NCBI GenBank assembly: GCA_964575955.1
Contig: CAZNTG010000006.1
Location: 288,001-352,000, forward strand
Length of the DNA: 64,000 nt
Reading direction: 5' to 3'
Source: an uncultured Thermoproteaceae archaeon
Lineage (GTDB): Archaea > Thermoproteota > Thermoprotei > Thermoproteales > Thermocladiaceae
The translations under genes were made by a program, and so were the position numbers. Shown here one piece after another: positions 1 to 9,812 of this stretch; positions within the stretch are counted from its first letter, which is position 1; each line of letters begins with the position of its first letter. The notes below the pieces were generated by a model, which did not search any database, was not told the origin of the DNA, and saw nothing but the letters and a program-made list of their open reading frames with translations.

Positions 1-334
1 AAATATCTTGAACTAGCAGTGCAATATCTATACCAAGTTTTGAATGTTCTCCACATATTGGAATTATATATCTCAAATCTGGAGTTATCAATGTTATTGA
101 AGGATCAATAAGCTTATCTATAAGTTTATGACAAATCTTTCTAACTAGTACTGGTAGTGGCATTATAGCAATAACATGGTCATAATCTATCAAGTTTATA
201 CTATCAATATGTTTAATACTTCTAACATCTATAGATACATTTCTACATTCACTACATATACTATCTCTCAATTTATATGCAACATACTTCTCAAGACTTG
301 TGCAATATATTACTAGTATATTTATGTTATACAT
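1..334 (-). CDS. cbiG: Cobalamin biosynthesis CbiG-like protein, N-terminal part (runs off window start)
   Basis: Manually translated, not in ORF track: MYNINILVIYC...HVIAIMPLPVLVRKICHKLIDKLIDPSITLITPDLRYIIPICGEH, which resembles the CbiG N-terminal motif (VR..K..DP......YVIP..GH). Overlaps the cbiX stop. Confidence 0.7.
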   Translation of the reverse strand, partial: MYNINILVIYCTSLEKYVAYKLRDSICSECRNVSIDVRSIKHIDSINLIDYDHVIAIMPLPVLVRKICHKLIDKLIDPSITLITPDLRYIIPICGEHSKLGIDIALLVQDI

Positions 335-693
335 CTCAATATCTTATCAACAATTATATCTATAACTCTACTATCAGGCCATAGTGTTCCTGCATATTTA
401 ATATTTTCAAACTTCTCTACTATCTTCATAGTATCTTCTCTTCCATGAATACCTTCAACTACGAATAGTGAGAAAACTATAATATTTTCAAACTTTTTAT
501 CAATAAGTATTCTAATAGCTTCTTCAGGTTTTGGATTTTGATGATGTAAGTATGATGTTACTACCTCTATATAGATATCTTTTAGGTATTCTCTAAGCTT
601 CCTCTCAACCTCTCTAGCAATATCATTTACCTGTTTTACATAGTTTTGTGAGAGACTTCCATGAGTTATCAATACTATACCTATCTTCTTCAC
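322..693 (-). CDS. cbiX: Short sirohydrochlorin cobaltochelatase (CbiXS)
   Basis: LITHGS and VEGIHGRED motifs, 123 aa, cobalamin cluster context. Confidence 0.8.
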   Translation of the reverse strand: MKKIGIVLITHGSLSQNYVKQVNDIAREVERKLREYLKDIYIEVVTSYLHHQNPKPEEAIRILIDKKFENIIVFSLFVVEGIHGREDTMKIVEKFENIKYAGTLWPDSRVIDIIVDKILRCIT

Positions 694-745
694 TAATCTA
701 TACGAGTAGTTATAGTATATAAAAGTTTCAAGCTGTTACTATGTT

Positions 746-1807
746 ATGAAACTTGGAATTACAACAGGTACCTGCATGGTTGCTGCTGCAAAAGCAGGAC
801 TTGTATCACTACTTTCAGGAAAGTGTATTGATACTGTAAGTGTAAAGCTTCCAATAAACTTAGACATTAATGTAAAGGTGAGTAAATGTGTGTTAAATTG
901 TGATAGATGTTTAGTATGTGTAACGAAAGATGCTGGAGATAATTATATTAATGATGTTACACATGGATTAGATATATGTGTTGAAGTTGAGTATGAATAT
1001 TCTAATAAATTTATAATATTCATAATAGGTTGTGAAGGTGTTGGAATTAAAGATGATATACCTTCAATATCTGAGGCAGTACTTCTAAATTTAGATCAAA
1101 ATATTGAAGATGTTGTTGATAGAGGTATAGTTAAGATTAGAGTAACTGTCCCTAAAGGTAGAGAAGTTTGGAATAGAACTTTGAATAAGTATGTAGGTGT
1201 TGTTGATGGAATATCTATACTTGGTGAGAAAGGTATTGAAATACCAACAGGAAATCCATACTACTCACCATATTTAAAACATATTGAGAAAATTATTGAA
1301 GAATATTCAAAAATGTATAAAAGTATATGCCTAACACTTGGAGGAAAATCTTCGAAAGTAGCTTCTGAATTATTTAGAGAAGTACCAATTATCGAAGTTG
1401 GAGATCATTTAGGATATGCTATCGATAAGTGTGTTGAATATGGAATACATAACATAATTATTGTTGGAGGTATTGCTAAGATGATTAAAGTATGTATTGG
1501 ACTACTAATGATGCATAGTCTATACGTTGATGCTAGAATTGAAGGTTTTATAGGACTTCTCATAAAGTATCTAATTAATAAGAATATCGATATAAACTAC
1601 GATATTTTAAAACAGTTAGTTGATGTTAAGTCTGTTAGAGATGCTTTTAAAATTATTAGAGATCTTGTAGATCTTTATGATTTTTCGAAATTTATATGTA
1701 GACTTTGTATTGAGAGATTATCTGAAAGATGTAGTAGATTGTTTAATAGAGATATCAATTTCAAAGTCTGTACTCTGCTTCCTGATGATTCTGTTGTATG
1801 TTTATGA
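746..1807 (+). CDS. cbiD: Cobalt-precorrin-5B C1-methyltransferase
   Basis: GITTGTCMVAAAKA, KDAGD..DVTHG and GISILG motifs. Confidence 0.9.
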   Translation: MKLGITTGTCMVAAAKAGLVSLLSGKCIDTVSVKLPINLDINVKVSKCVLNCDRCLVCVTKDAGDNYINDVTHGLDICVEVEYEYSNKFIIFIIGCEGVGIKDDIPSISEAVLLNLDQNIEDVVDRGIVKIRVTVPKGREVWNRTLNKYVGVVDGISILGEKGIEIPTGNPYYSPYLKHIEKIIEEYSKMYKSICLTLGGKSSKVASELFREVPIIEVGDHLGYAIDKCVEYGIHNIIIVGGIAKMIKVCIGLLMMHSLYVDARIEGFIGLLIKYLINKNIDINYDILKQLVDVKSVRDAFKIIRDLVDLYDFSKFICRLCIERLSERCSRLFNRDINFKVCTLLPDDSVVCL

Positions 1808-2008
1808 TGTTTCACCTCTAACTTTTATTGGTATTGTTACTGTTTCTGATCCTTCTATTACTCTTCTACCACATTTTGGACATTTTACTGATATTGTTAT
1901 TGTTATATCTATTGATTCCTTACTGATTTTCTCTATATCGTAGTCTATATCTATATCATCTTCAGATATTTCAAATTCTTCATTACAGTTTTTACATTTT
2001 AGCTTCAT
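1802..2008 (-). CDS. Small zinc-ribbon protein
   Basis: CKNC...CPKC pairs; start overlaps the end of the upstream gene on the same strand. Confidence 0.6.
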   Translation of the reverse strand: MKLKCKNCNEEFEISEDDIDIDYDIEKISKESIDITITISVKCPKCGRRVIEGSETVTIPIKVRGETS

Positions 2009-2597
2009 GTTCTTGAGTTTTCTTTAACTTTTCTAAATATTTCTCTAATGGTGGTCTGTCGAAATATGGATTCTTACCTGCAGCTGCTAGTGGTATTCCT
2101 ATCACTATATCTGCATCTATTATTCCTAATTTTCTTGCTGCTACACCAATGCTAAACATCATTCTATTATCTACATTCATCTCTGCTGCTATCTTTACAG
2201 CACTTCCTAATGCTATTCCAAGGTTTAGTAGTTGCATTGCACATATTGGTGCTTTATAGCATTTTCCTTCTTTCTTCATATCTTCCATCTGTTTACAGTC
2301 AAATCCACATGCACCGCAGTTTAGTCCTATTGGTTTTGCATCTTTCAACCCTATTAGAACTACTGCATGTGATTTTCTTACATTATCTGCATCTCTAATA
2401 AAGAATTTATATCCAAGTTCTTCTGCAAGTCTCTCCATCTCTTTAGCAATTTTTTCAAGCTCTTCACCATATACTACAAGTGTTACAATATTATCAATAC
2501 CTCTAGCTTTTGGAGCTGTTCTAGCAGCAACACACATCAATTTTGCAACCTGTATAACAGCTTCAAATTCTGCATCTTTACCATCTATGATAGTCAT
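1992..2597 (-). CDS. Ferredoxin-domain protein (DUF2148/COG4739-like)
   Basis: AARTAPKARG, NCGACGF.C, LGIALGSA and DNRMM motifs. Confidence 0.8.
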   Translation of the reverse strand: MTIIDGKDAEFEAVIQVAKLMCVAARTAPKARGIDNIVTLVVYGEELEKIAKEMERLAEELGYKFFIRDADNVRKSHAVVLIGLKDAKPIGLNCGACGFDCKQMEDMKKEGKCYKAPICAMQLLNLGIALGSAVKIAAEMNVDNRMMFSIGVAARKLGIIDADIVIGIPLAAAGKNPYFDRPPLEKYLEKLKKTQEHEAKM

Positions 2598-2631
2598 CTA
2601 GGGTAGCTTAGTCTCTGTTCTAAAATATAAG

Positions 2632-3060
2632 TTATATTGCCTTTCTAGGTGTTGTAGCACCACAGGCAGTACACTTCAACACGTATATCCTACCCTGTCT
2701 TTCAAGAATTGTATCAATAGAATTACATACAGGACAGACAACGTAGAACTTTATATATCTCTCATATACTGCCTCAAGAATTTTCTGACTACGCTCAGCA
2801 TAAATTACAAATTGATCACCTTCAATATGTCCAGGAACAGCAAGTTCTTTAAGAAAGAACTTAGCAATATGTGAAGGATCTCTATTTAATCTCTCAGCAA
2901 TCTCCTTAAAATTGAGAATTATAGTCCTCTTAGGCAATGTCTGAACCTTCAACTTAGGAATTTCCTGCCTTCTCTGAACTCTAGGAGTAATTACACTATA
3001 CGCACGATCTAGTAATTTAAAATAGAGCTTATCTACATCACCAACATCACTCGTAGACAC
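2632..3060 (-). CDS. eif2b: Translation initiation factor aIF2 beta
   Basis: [14 protein letters not shown]-terminal CPVC...CTACG zinc ribbon. Confidence 0.93.
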   Translation of the reverse strand: MSTSDVGDVDKLYFKLLDRAYSVITPRVQRRQEIPKLKVQTLPKRTIILNFKEIAERLNRDPSHIAKFFLKELAVPGHIEGDQFVIYAERSQKILEAVYERYIKFYVVCPVCNSIDTILERQGRIYVLKCTACGATTPRKAI

Positions 3061-3102
3061 AACAAGGATAATAAACCACCCCTAAATAAACATTCTCAAT
3101 AA

Positions 3103-3150
3103 ATGATGAAACGACGGTAGACAGAAGATGAAGAAAGGTAGAGACACTGA
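3103..3150 (+). ncRNA. C/D box sRNA
   Basis: C ATGATGA 3103-3109, 12-nt guide, D' CAGA 3122-3125, C'-like AGATGAAGA, guide, D CTGA 3147-3150. Confidence 0.75.
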
Positions 3151-3190
3151 TAATCTTAGATTAGAGATATGGAGAAGATATGTGAATTGT

Positions 3191-4033
3191 ATGTCTAAAC
3201 TTACTAACCATGTGAAAGATAGGATAATTAGTAAGAAGTCTATTCTCTGTATTGGCCTCGATCCTGTTCTTCCAAACATTCGTGATAAGTATGTTATTCC
3301 TGAGAAATATTTGAAGTATAGTTCTGAAAGTGATATTATGCTAAATTTCTGCCTTGATATCATAGATTTTACCAGTGATTATGCTGTTGCTTATAAAGTT
3401 AATCTAAACTATGTTTTTGATTTTACGAAGAATTATCATAAGAAGCTTGTAGATTATATACATAAGCATGACTGTATTGCAATTCTAGATTTAAAATTTA
3501 ATGATATTGAAGATACAGCATACGTAGCTATTCACCATATTGCTGAATGTAACTATGATATAATAACATTTAATCCACTCTTAGGTAATTTGTGTAACAT
3601 TGTTAAAATTTGTAAAGATGTTGGAATTAAAATTAGAAATGTTGAAGTTGGTGTTTTAAGTCTAGTACTTACATCAAATCCTGATGCTGTTAAATATCAG
3701 AAGTATGTTAAAATGAGTGAGAAACCACTATACGTACTATTTACTGAAGAAGTTAAGCGATGTGATGCTCTTGGATGTGTTGTTGGAGCTACAGGACATG
3801 TAACTAGTGAAGATATTAAAACTATTAGAAACATAATTGGTGATGATAAAATTATACTATTTCCAGGAATTGGTGTTCAAGGCGGAGATATTGAGAAAGT
3901 TGTTAAGAATGGTGGTAAGCTAATTTTAATAAATGTTGGTAGAGATATAATATATTCCGAAAATCCTAGAGAGAAAGCAAGACAGTATTTAGAAATGTTG
4001 AGAAAATATTACAATTTCAATGAACTATTCTAA
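3191..4033 (+). CDS. pyrF: Orotidine 5'-phosphate decarboxylase
   Basis: LCIGLDP, AYK, LDLKFNDI, VVGAT and PGIGVQGG motifs. Start uncertain: the track ATG at 3128 lies inside the sRNA, so ATG 3191 was chosen. Confidence 0.88.
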   Translation: MSKLTNHVKDRIISKKSILCIGLDPVLPNIRDKYVIPEKYLKYSSESDIMLNFCLDIIDFTSDYAVAYKVNLNYVFDFTKNYHKKLVDYIHKHDCIAILDLKFNDIEDTAYVAIHHIAECNYDIITFNPLLGNLCNIVKICKDVGIKIRNVEVGVLSLVLTSNPDAVKYQKYVKMSEKPLYVLFTEEVKRCDALGCVVGATGHVTSEDIKTIRNIIGDDKIILFPGIGVQGGDIEKVVKNGGKLILINVGRDIIYSENPREKARQYLEMLRKYYNFNELF

Positions 4034-4283
4034 ATATGACAACTTTTCTACAATAGTCAAAATCTATAACTTTCTCAATCTTGAGTTTTATACCAAAATC
4101 CTCAGCTTCATATACAATATCTTCAATCCAATCATACACACCACATGTATCACAGAAAGAACCTTCAAAATTGATAATTACAACATCATCTCTCATCTCT
4201 AACACCTCTGCTCTAGCTTCAGGACTTCTATACATATTATATTGCTTTACCACTTCAGTAATCTTGGAATATAAGTCAAACAT
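4017..4283 (-). CDS. Hypothetical protein with NifU-like CxxC motif
   Basis: FEGSFCDTCG motif; TATA-like element about 25 nt upstream. Confidence 0.65.
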   Translation of the reverse strand: MFDLYSKITEVVKQYNMYRSPEARAEVLEMRDDVVIINFEGSFCDTCGVYDWIEDIVYEAEDFGIKLKIEKVIDFDYCRKVVIFRIVH

Positions 4284-4388
4284 TATCGGTAGTCTAGATT
4301 GCTAAGTTTAAAAATCTAACTATGTATATATGGCTAATATACCTGATGTAGAGTCCCACTTTTAAACTATGACTAAAATCTAGATTTA

Positions 4389-5048
4389 GTGAAAGATAGA
4401 TCTACAAAAGCTGACACAATAAATGTTAAGGATTTTTACCTATCTAAAGGTATATGTCACTATGTTAAAGTTGTATTTAAAGATTCTGGAAAGTCCTCTC
4501 AGATGTTCAATATATTGAGGAAAATTTTCAAAAATTATTACAATGAGGCAGACATAGTAGCTGTTGGTAAGGGTAAGATAATTGTCAAGAAGGATGGTGC
4601 AGATTTTCTAAAGATATTTCTAGATGGTGATAATATAGAGTTCTACTATACTGAAGATTTTAAGAATGTTGTTGATAGTATATTAGATATATTGAATATA
4701 GTTAAGGATGGTCTTATAATGTTTATAAAGTGTAGATGTAAGAGAAGTGGTGTTAGAGTATGTTTTGAGAATATTCCAAAATTCATGTTTGATAAGTTTA
4801 AGATTTTGAAATATGATAAAGGTTGTAGAGATTATGATAATGTTAATATTGCTATTCAAGATGTTGTTAATATAGTATTTTCAGCATATCTCCATGGAAT
4901 ATATACTTTAGATGGTTTTAAGATATTGAGAAATATTAATGATGTTAATAGTTTTATTAAGAGATGTTGTGATAATTCTAAATGTGGAAATTCTAATTAT
5001 AGAAGTTCAAGCTTGTGTAGAGGTAGCTCTATACTAGACTATTTCTAG
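4389..5048 (+). CDS. Hypothetical protein
   Basis: 219-aa ORF with native codon style; no motif recognised. Confidence 0.55.
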   Translation: MKDRSTKADTINVKDFYLSKGICHYVKVVFKDSGKSSQMFNILRKIFKNYYNEADIVAVGKGKIIVKKDGADFLKIFLDGDNIEFYYTEDFKNVVDSILDILNIVKDGLIMFIKCRCKRSGVRVCFENIPKFMFDKFKILKYDKGCRDYDNVNIAIQDVVNIVFSAYLHGIYTLDGFKILRNINDVNSFIKRCCDNSKCGNSNYRSSSLCRGSSILDYF

Positions 5049-5099
5049 GTCTTAGGAGAAAATTTATATGTTAGTATGTGTGTCTGTGTTGAGTAATAT

Positions 5100-5555
5100 A
5101 TGGTTAGAAGATTTGAGAAGAAGTCTAGATATTTACGTGGTTGGAGAACTCACTCATGGGGTAGAGTTGGTCAGCATAGAAAGTCTGGTAGTTCAGGTGG
5201 TAGAGGTAAATCAGGTAGACATAAGCATAAGTGGACTTGGGTATTAGTATACGATCCAGACTACTTCGGTAAGCATGGATTTGTACAACCACCACCACTT
5301 GTAAAGCAGTGGCGTGAAATTAATGTTGGTGAGTTAGATAAGATTATTGAAGATCTTGTTAAGAAAGGTTTAGCAGAATTTAAAGATGGTAAATATTATG
5401 TAGATTTACTAAAACTTGGATATAATAAACTGCTTGGTGAAGGTAAAGTTACACATCCAATAGTTGTTAAGGTACCTGCAGCTACTAGAAATGCAGAAGA
5501 GAAGATACGTGCAGCAGGTGGAGAAATAATCTTAGTTAAGGAAGTACTACACTAA
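5100..5555 (+). CDS. rpl15: 50S ribosomal protein uL15
   Basis: RG.RTH.WG..GQHR..G..GGRG, KLLGEG and EKI.AAGG motifs. Confidence 0.95.
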   Translation: MVRRFEKKSRYLRGWRTHSWGRVGQHRKSGSSGGRGKSGRHKHKWTWVLVYDPDYFGKHGFVQPPPLVKQWREINVGELDKIIEDLVKKGLAEFKDGKYYVDLLKLGYNKLLGEGKVTHPIVVKVPAATRNAEEKIRAAGGEIILVKEVLH

Positions 5556-5559
5556 ACTT

Positions 5560-5853
5560 CTACTGTTCTTCACTATTTTTAGATTCTTCAACAACTGTGA
5601 TATTACTTTCCTGTTCTTCTTCATGTTCAACTTCTTCAATTCTAGATTTAATAATCTTAACAAATTCTGAAACCTCTTCTCTCAACTTTCTAACTTCTTT
5701 AATAAGTTCTTCAATTTGTGGAATTTCAACAACAATCTTCATCTCTCTAATCTGTATTTGAGATGTTGTTATATTCTTACTATCACCTGTCTTAGACTTT
5801 TTCAACTCCATCAATATCTCTGCAAGATCTTTCTTTCTTTTCTGCATAAACAT
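5560..5853 (-). CDS. Hypothetical coiled-coil protein
   Basis: 97-aa charged ORF filling the gap between rpl15 and the deacetylase gene. Confidence 0.55.
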   Translation of the reverse strand: MFMQKRKKDLAEILMELKKSKTGDSKNITTSQIQIREMKIVVEIPQIEELIKEVRKLREEVSEFVKIIKSRIEEVEHEEEQESNITVVEESKNSEEQ

Positions 5854-5920
5854 CAGGATAGTTTTTAGATTACGTGTATATATATTAAACGATTAAAATA
5901 GTCATTACAAGATCTAGTCT

Positions 5921-6991
5921 ATGAAGAAGATTGTAATTATTTACGATGATGCATTTCTAAGACATACACCACCAAAATTTCACTGTGAAAATCCTGCTAG
6001 AGTTAAAGCAATAATGGAATGTTTAAGAAGTTTTGTACCTAGCAATCTCATAATTAAGCCTAGATATGCAGATATTGAAGATCTATGCATGGTTCATAGT
6101 AGAGAGTATGTAGATTTGATGATGAGATTTTTCGAACATGGTGGACTATCATACATAGATGGTGACACATACATATCTGATGGTACTAGAGATGCAGCAT
6201 TAGCAGCTGCTGGTTCAGCAATTACTGGAGTTGAAATGATAATTTCAGAAGGTGTAAAATGCTTTTACGCACCTGTAAGACCTCCAGGACATCATGCTGG
6301 TATCTCAGGAAGAGCATTAACTGCACCAACACAAGGATTTTGCATATTTAACAACATTGCAATTGGTGCAGAGTATGCTATACGTAGAGGTATTAGAAAA
6401 GTTGCAATTATTGACATAGATGCACATCATGGAAATGGTACTCAAGAAATATTCTATCACACTAGTAAAGTATTATACATAAGTATTCATCAAGATCCAT
6501 TAACACTATATCCAGGAACTGGATTTATAACTGATGTAGGTATTGGAGATGGTGAAGGATATAATGTAAACATACCACTACCACCAGGATCTGGAGATGA
6601 CGTATATCTAGAAGCTTTAGAGAACATAGTATTACCAATACTAAGACAGTATAGACCAGAGATAGTGCTAGTGTCGTTAGGATTTGATGCACATATAAAT
6701 GATCCACTAACACAACTTGAAGCTTCATTAAACACATATGAAGAACTATACCTAATACTGAAGAAGATGGTTGATAGTGGAGAGATTCGTGGTGTAGGAT
6801 TTCTACTAGAAGGTGGGTACGATACTAAAGTACTATCTATAGGTAGTGAAATACTTGTAAAGATATTTCTAGAACAGGAGTATAAAAATCCTGAAGATAG
6901 AACAGAGAGTGGATTAAATACAAAATCCAGAGCAAGAAAAGTATTGAAAAAAGTTGTAGAAGTACATTCAAAATATTGGAATCTAAAGTGA
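5921..6991 (+). CDS. Histone deacetylase-family (Zn-dependent) deacetylase
   Basis: RPPGHHA, GFCIFNN, DIDAHHGNGTQ, GFDAH.DP and LEGGY motifs. Confidence 0.93.
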   Translation: MKKIVIIYDDAFLRHTPPKFHCENPARVKAIMECLRSFVPSNLIIKPRYADIEDLCMVHSREYVDLMMRFFEHGGLSYIDGDTYISDGTRDAALAAAGSAITGVEMIISEGVKCFYAPVRPPGHHAGISGRALTAPTQGFCIFNNIAIGAEYAIRRGIRKVAIIDIDAHHGNGTQEIFYHTSKVLYISIHQDPLTLYPGTGFITDVGIGDGEGYNVNIPLPPGSGDDVYLEALENIVLPILRQYRPEIVLVSLGFDAHINDPLTQLEASLNTYEELYLILKKMVDSGEIRGVGFLLEGGYDTKVLSIGSEILVKIFLEQEYKNPEDRTESGLNTKSRARKVLKKVVEVHSKYWNLK

Positions 6992-7027
6992 AAAATCTAA
7001 AAAGTCTTAGAAAGTAGGGCAGTTTGT

Positions 7028-7210
7028 ATGAAGATAGATAAGAGATGTAGAATATGTCCAATAGGTCCTAGAGAATGTATAAAGAGGATAATAGAGAAAT
7101 ATTGGCTTAGACCTAGAAAGTTAAGACCAGCACATCCATGGACAATTGAGTGGTGTCCATATTTGAGAGGATTTAGACCACAATTACAGAAACAGGAAGC
7201 TACTCAATAG
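7028..7210 (+). CDS. Small basic Cys-containing hypothetical protein
   Basis: 60 aa with CRIC..C...H...C; native codon usage; fills the gap downstream of the deacetylase. Confidence 0.45.
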   Translation: MKIDKRCRICPIGPRECIKRIIEKYWLRPRKLRPAHPWTIEWCPYLRGFRPQLQKQEATQ

Positions 7211-7217
7211 GTAGAAG

Positions 7218-8249
7218 CTATATCATGAGAAGTATTATTGGTGTTGTTATCAGTGTTGATATTACTATTGAGAGTGTCAACTTTACAGCAACCTTAACAG
7301 GATATATAGATACGTAGAACGGGAATGAATGTTTTATAAAATCGAAAAATAGTATAAATAGCATATTACCAATAAATATTGAAAGTAATACCTGTTTAAC
7401 ACTTATCAAACCAAGATAGAGCATACTACCAGCTATATAGATACCAACTACAGGACTAAATGCACATAAACTTATAATAGTTAGAGATTGAGAATTTAAA
7501 ACATATGAAAAATATGATAACATATTCTTAATTACAACATTTAAATATTCAAAAATATTTAAGATATACAAGATGTAGACTATACTTAAAATAATGAAAA
7601 ATTTAAGAGATAAACTTTTTAACATATTTAAACCATTCATAACACTAATCTTCAACACACTCTTAACATCTCTACTATGTTGGTACTTAATATCTATGAT
7701 ATTACCTGTATAATTATCATATTCTAACTCTACAAATCTAATCCTATTCCTAAAAATCTTATAATATGAAAATGCAAGTATTGAAGTTAACATACTCTTA
7801 ATGTATGAAAATACTATGTACAACATTCCAACATAAAATCCAAGTGCAGTTATAGCTTGAGGAATTATATATACTATTGATATGCTAAGAAATCTAAGAG
7901 GACTTAACACAAGATTGTAATATATTAAATACCAATCATTTAGAAATCCTCTCCTATAATAATCATAAACGATAGTATGTTCAAGTCTAGCATTAATAAA
8001 TGATGAAAATAATGCAGGAATTAGACACCTAGGAATCTTAAAAATATTACAAAACTTAAGCAATTTCCCACCTAGAAACTTATCAAATACATGAAACTCT
8101 CTAAAAAATGTTGATAAAAAACCTCCAAGAAAAGTTCCAATAATAAACATAATACTTGAATACAATATACCACGAATTAAGAAATTAGTAAACACAAATA
8201 CAACACTGAAAAAGCTATATAAAAATATTAATAAGCGCATTAATTTCAA
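7218..8249 (-). CDS. Membrane protein, nucleoside-recognition (Gate)/COG3366-like
   Basis: Multiple TM segments; SFINAR..H and KHSFPFYVSIY motifs. Confidence 0.6.
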   Translation of the reverse strand: MKLMRLLIFLYSFFSVVFVFTNFLIRGILYSSIMFIIGTFLGGFLSTFFREFHVFDKFLGGKLLKFCNIFKIPRCLIPALFSSFINARLEHTIVYDYYRRGFLNDWYLIYYNLVLSPLRFLSISIVYIIPQAITALGFYVGMLYIVFSYIKSMLTSILAFSYYKIFRNRIRFVELEYDNYTGNIIDIKYQHSRDVKSVLKISVMNGLNMLKSLSLKFFIILSIVYILYILNIFEYLNVVIKNMLSYFSYVLNSQSLTIISLCAFSPVVGIYIAGSMLYLGLISVKQVLLSIFIGNMLFILFFDFIKHSFPFYVSIYPVKVAVKLTLSIVISTLITTPIILLMI

Positions 8250-8447
8250 AATGAAACTAACAAAACCTCAAGAAATGTACAAAATCATATCCATGACCCA
8301 CATACCTTAACGCTTCAATACAATAAGATTTTATCGGTGAAATACTCATGTCACATGCTTTAAATTGTAGGTTAAGTATAAGAAATGTACTATCGTGAAT
8401 AAAACGTAATTGGAAAATATTTAAATACGTATGATACGTCATTAACA

Positions 8448-8702
8448 GTGAACTCTGTGAAAGTTAAGTTAACGGCCATACATGATACAGATCTTGAGAA
8501 AGCTCTTATTAAATTGGAAGTATATGAGAATGTCTTGCAAGGCAAGTATAGGTGTTACGTTTGTGGTAAAGTCATAACAATTGATACTCTAGGTGCCTTC
8601 TTCAAAACGAGAGATGGTACATTACATTTTGTGTGTAATGATGTTAAATGCCTAACAACGATTATTGAAGTTATGAAGAAACTTTCACATGAACAAACGT
8701 AA
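8448..8702 (+). CDS. Small Zn-binding hypothetical protein
   Basis: AIHDTDLE, CYVCG...VCNDVKC; TTTAAATA about 25 nt upstream. Confidence 0.65.
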   Translation: MNSVKVKLTAIHDTDLEKALIKLEVYENVLQGKYRCYVCGKVITIDTLGAFFKTRDGTLHFVCNDVKCLTTIIEVMKKLSHEQT

Positions 8703-8707
8703 CAGCT

Positions 8708-8965
8708 CTATTCTAACACCTCAAATATCGCTATGTATCTTGGTACTCGAGACTTCCCTTTGTAGTATCGTGCAAGATAAGAAATCTCTTCTACTAATTT
8801 CAAATTTTGCAACTCAGTTGTTAGTACTCTGATAAACTTTCTAACAATTCTTGTAATAACTTTACCTGCTGAGATTATGTAGATATGGTAAAGATTAGGA
8901 CACTTCTTTAGAGAGCTTTTTATAAAGTCTGTATACCATAAGCTCTCTTCAACTACATCATACCA
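8708..8965 (-). pseudogene. Start-less 85-codon frame, possible gene remnant
   Basis: WYDVVEESL...RYIAIFEVLE* is open but immediately preceded by an in-frame TAG, with no usable start near its 5' end. Confidence 0.3.
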
Positions 8966-9040
8966 CTATATTTAAATCCTTGAACATCTATACATACTGT
9001 TACTAGGATAGATTTTACTTAAAATGTACTGCCTTCCGTT

Positions 9041-9089
9041 TCAGCTTCGGCAACGTTCATCAGTTGTCAGTTTCACGTGCCATCATCAT
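9041..9089 (-). ncRNA. C/D box sRNA
   Basis: Minus strand ATGATGA-TGGCACGTGAAA-CTGA-CAA-CTGATGA-ACGTTGCCGAAG-CTGA, canonical spacing, intergenic. Confidence 0.88.
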
Positions 9090-9135
9090 GTTGTGATATG
9101 TCATTTTCATAATTTTCTAATTGTTAAGTATTTTC

Positions 9136-9188
9136 TCTATACTTGTTATATATTCTCTTCATGGATCTGCTCGTGAGACATTCATCAT
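9136..9188 (-). ncRNA. C/D box-like sRNA lacking a canonical D box
   Basis: ATGATGA-ATGTCTCACGAG-CAGA-TCC-ATGAAGA, then AT-rich sequence with only TAGA; TTATAA about 25 nt upstream. Confidence 0.5.
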
Positions 9189-9227
9189 ATGTTCAGTTTC
9201 TATTTTTAAGGGTTATAAGTTGTTTAT

Positions 9228-9812
9228 ATGTTTTCTGTATGTATGTTAAATATTGAAGATATGGTTAGAGAGGTTTGTAAGATTCTTGAGAAGATTATTC
9301 CTAATCTTAAGACTAGTTATGAACGTTCTGTCATTAGTCTTATATGTAGATTTTTAGATTCTTCATATAGATGTTATACATGTAGTAGGTCTATACCTGT
9401 GTGTGCATATTCACTATTGAAGTTATGTATTGAGTTGATAATTCAGTTAAGATATTTCATGGAGAGATATGGTGTTGATAAGTTAGAACATTTTCTTAAA
9501 GATCTATCTAAGAGAGGTAGAAGAGGTTCTAGTTTTAGTATCAGGATGATTACTGATGCTAGAGGTATTGCTGGTAGAGTTAAGAGAGAGATATTGACGA
9601 CATATTTGAGAATTTGTGAAAATGTTCATCCTACTCTAACTCTCTTAATGTCATCTCAAAGATTTGAAGATTATATTGAAAATTTTAGAAAGACTGTTGA
9701 TATAATTCTGTACATGTTATTACTATGCTATGGATATCTACCTGATATATGTACTATATGTGAGAAGTATAGTCTTGAGAGATGTTATAAATATTGTTCT
9801 AGAAAGGGTTAA
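9228..9812 (+). CDS. Hypothetical protein
   Basis: 194-aa Cys-rich ORF; real start may be ATG 9243. Confidence 0.6.
   Translation: MFSVCMLNIEDMVREVCKILEKIIPNLKTSYERSVISLICRFLDSSYRCYTCSRSIPVCAYSLLKLCIELIIQLRYFMERYGVDKLEHFLKDLSKRGRRGSSFSIRMITDARGIAGRVKREILTTYLRICENVHPTLTLLMSSQRFEDYIENFRKTVDIILYMLLLCYGYLPDICTICEKYSLERCYKYCSRKG

Noticed and set aside
8257-8442. 61-aa minus-strand ORF in an intergenic gap
   Set aside because: No motif, atypical composition, and it overlaps the promoter region of the 8448 gene
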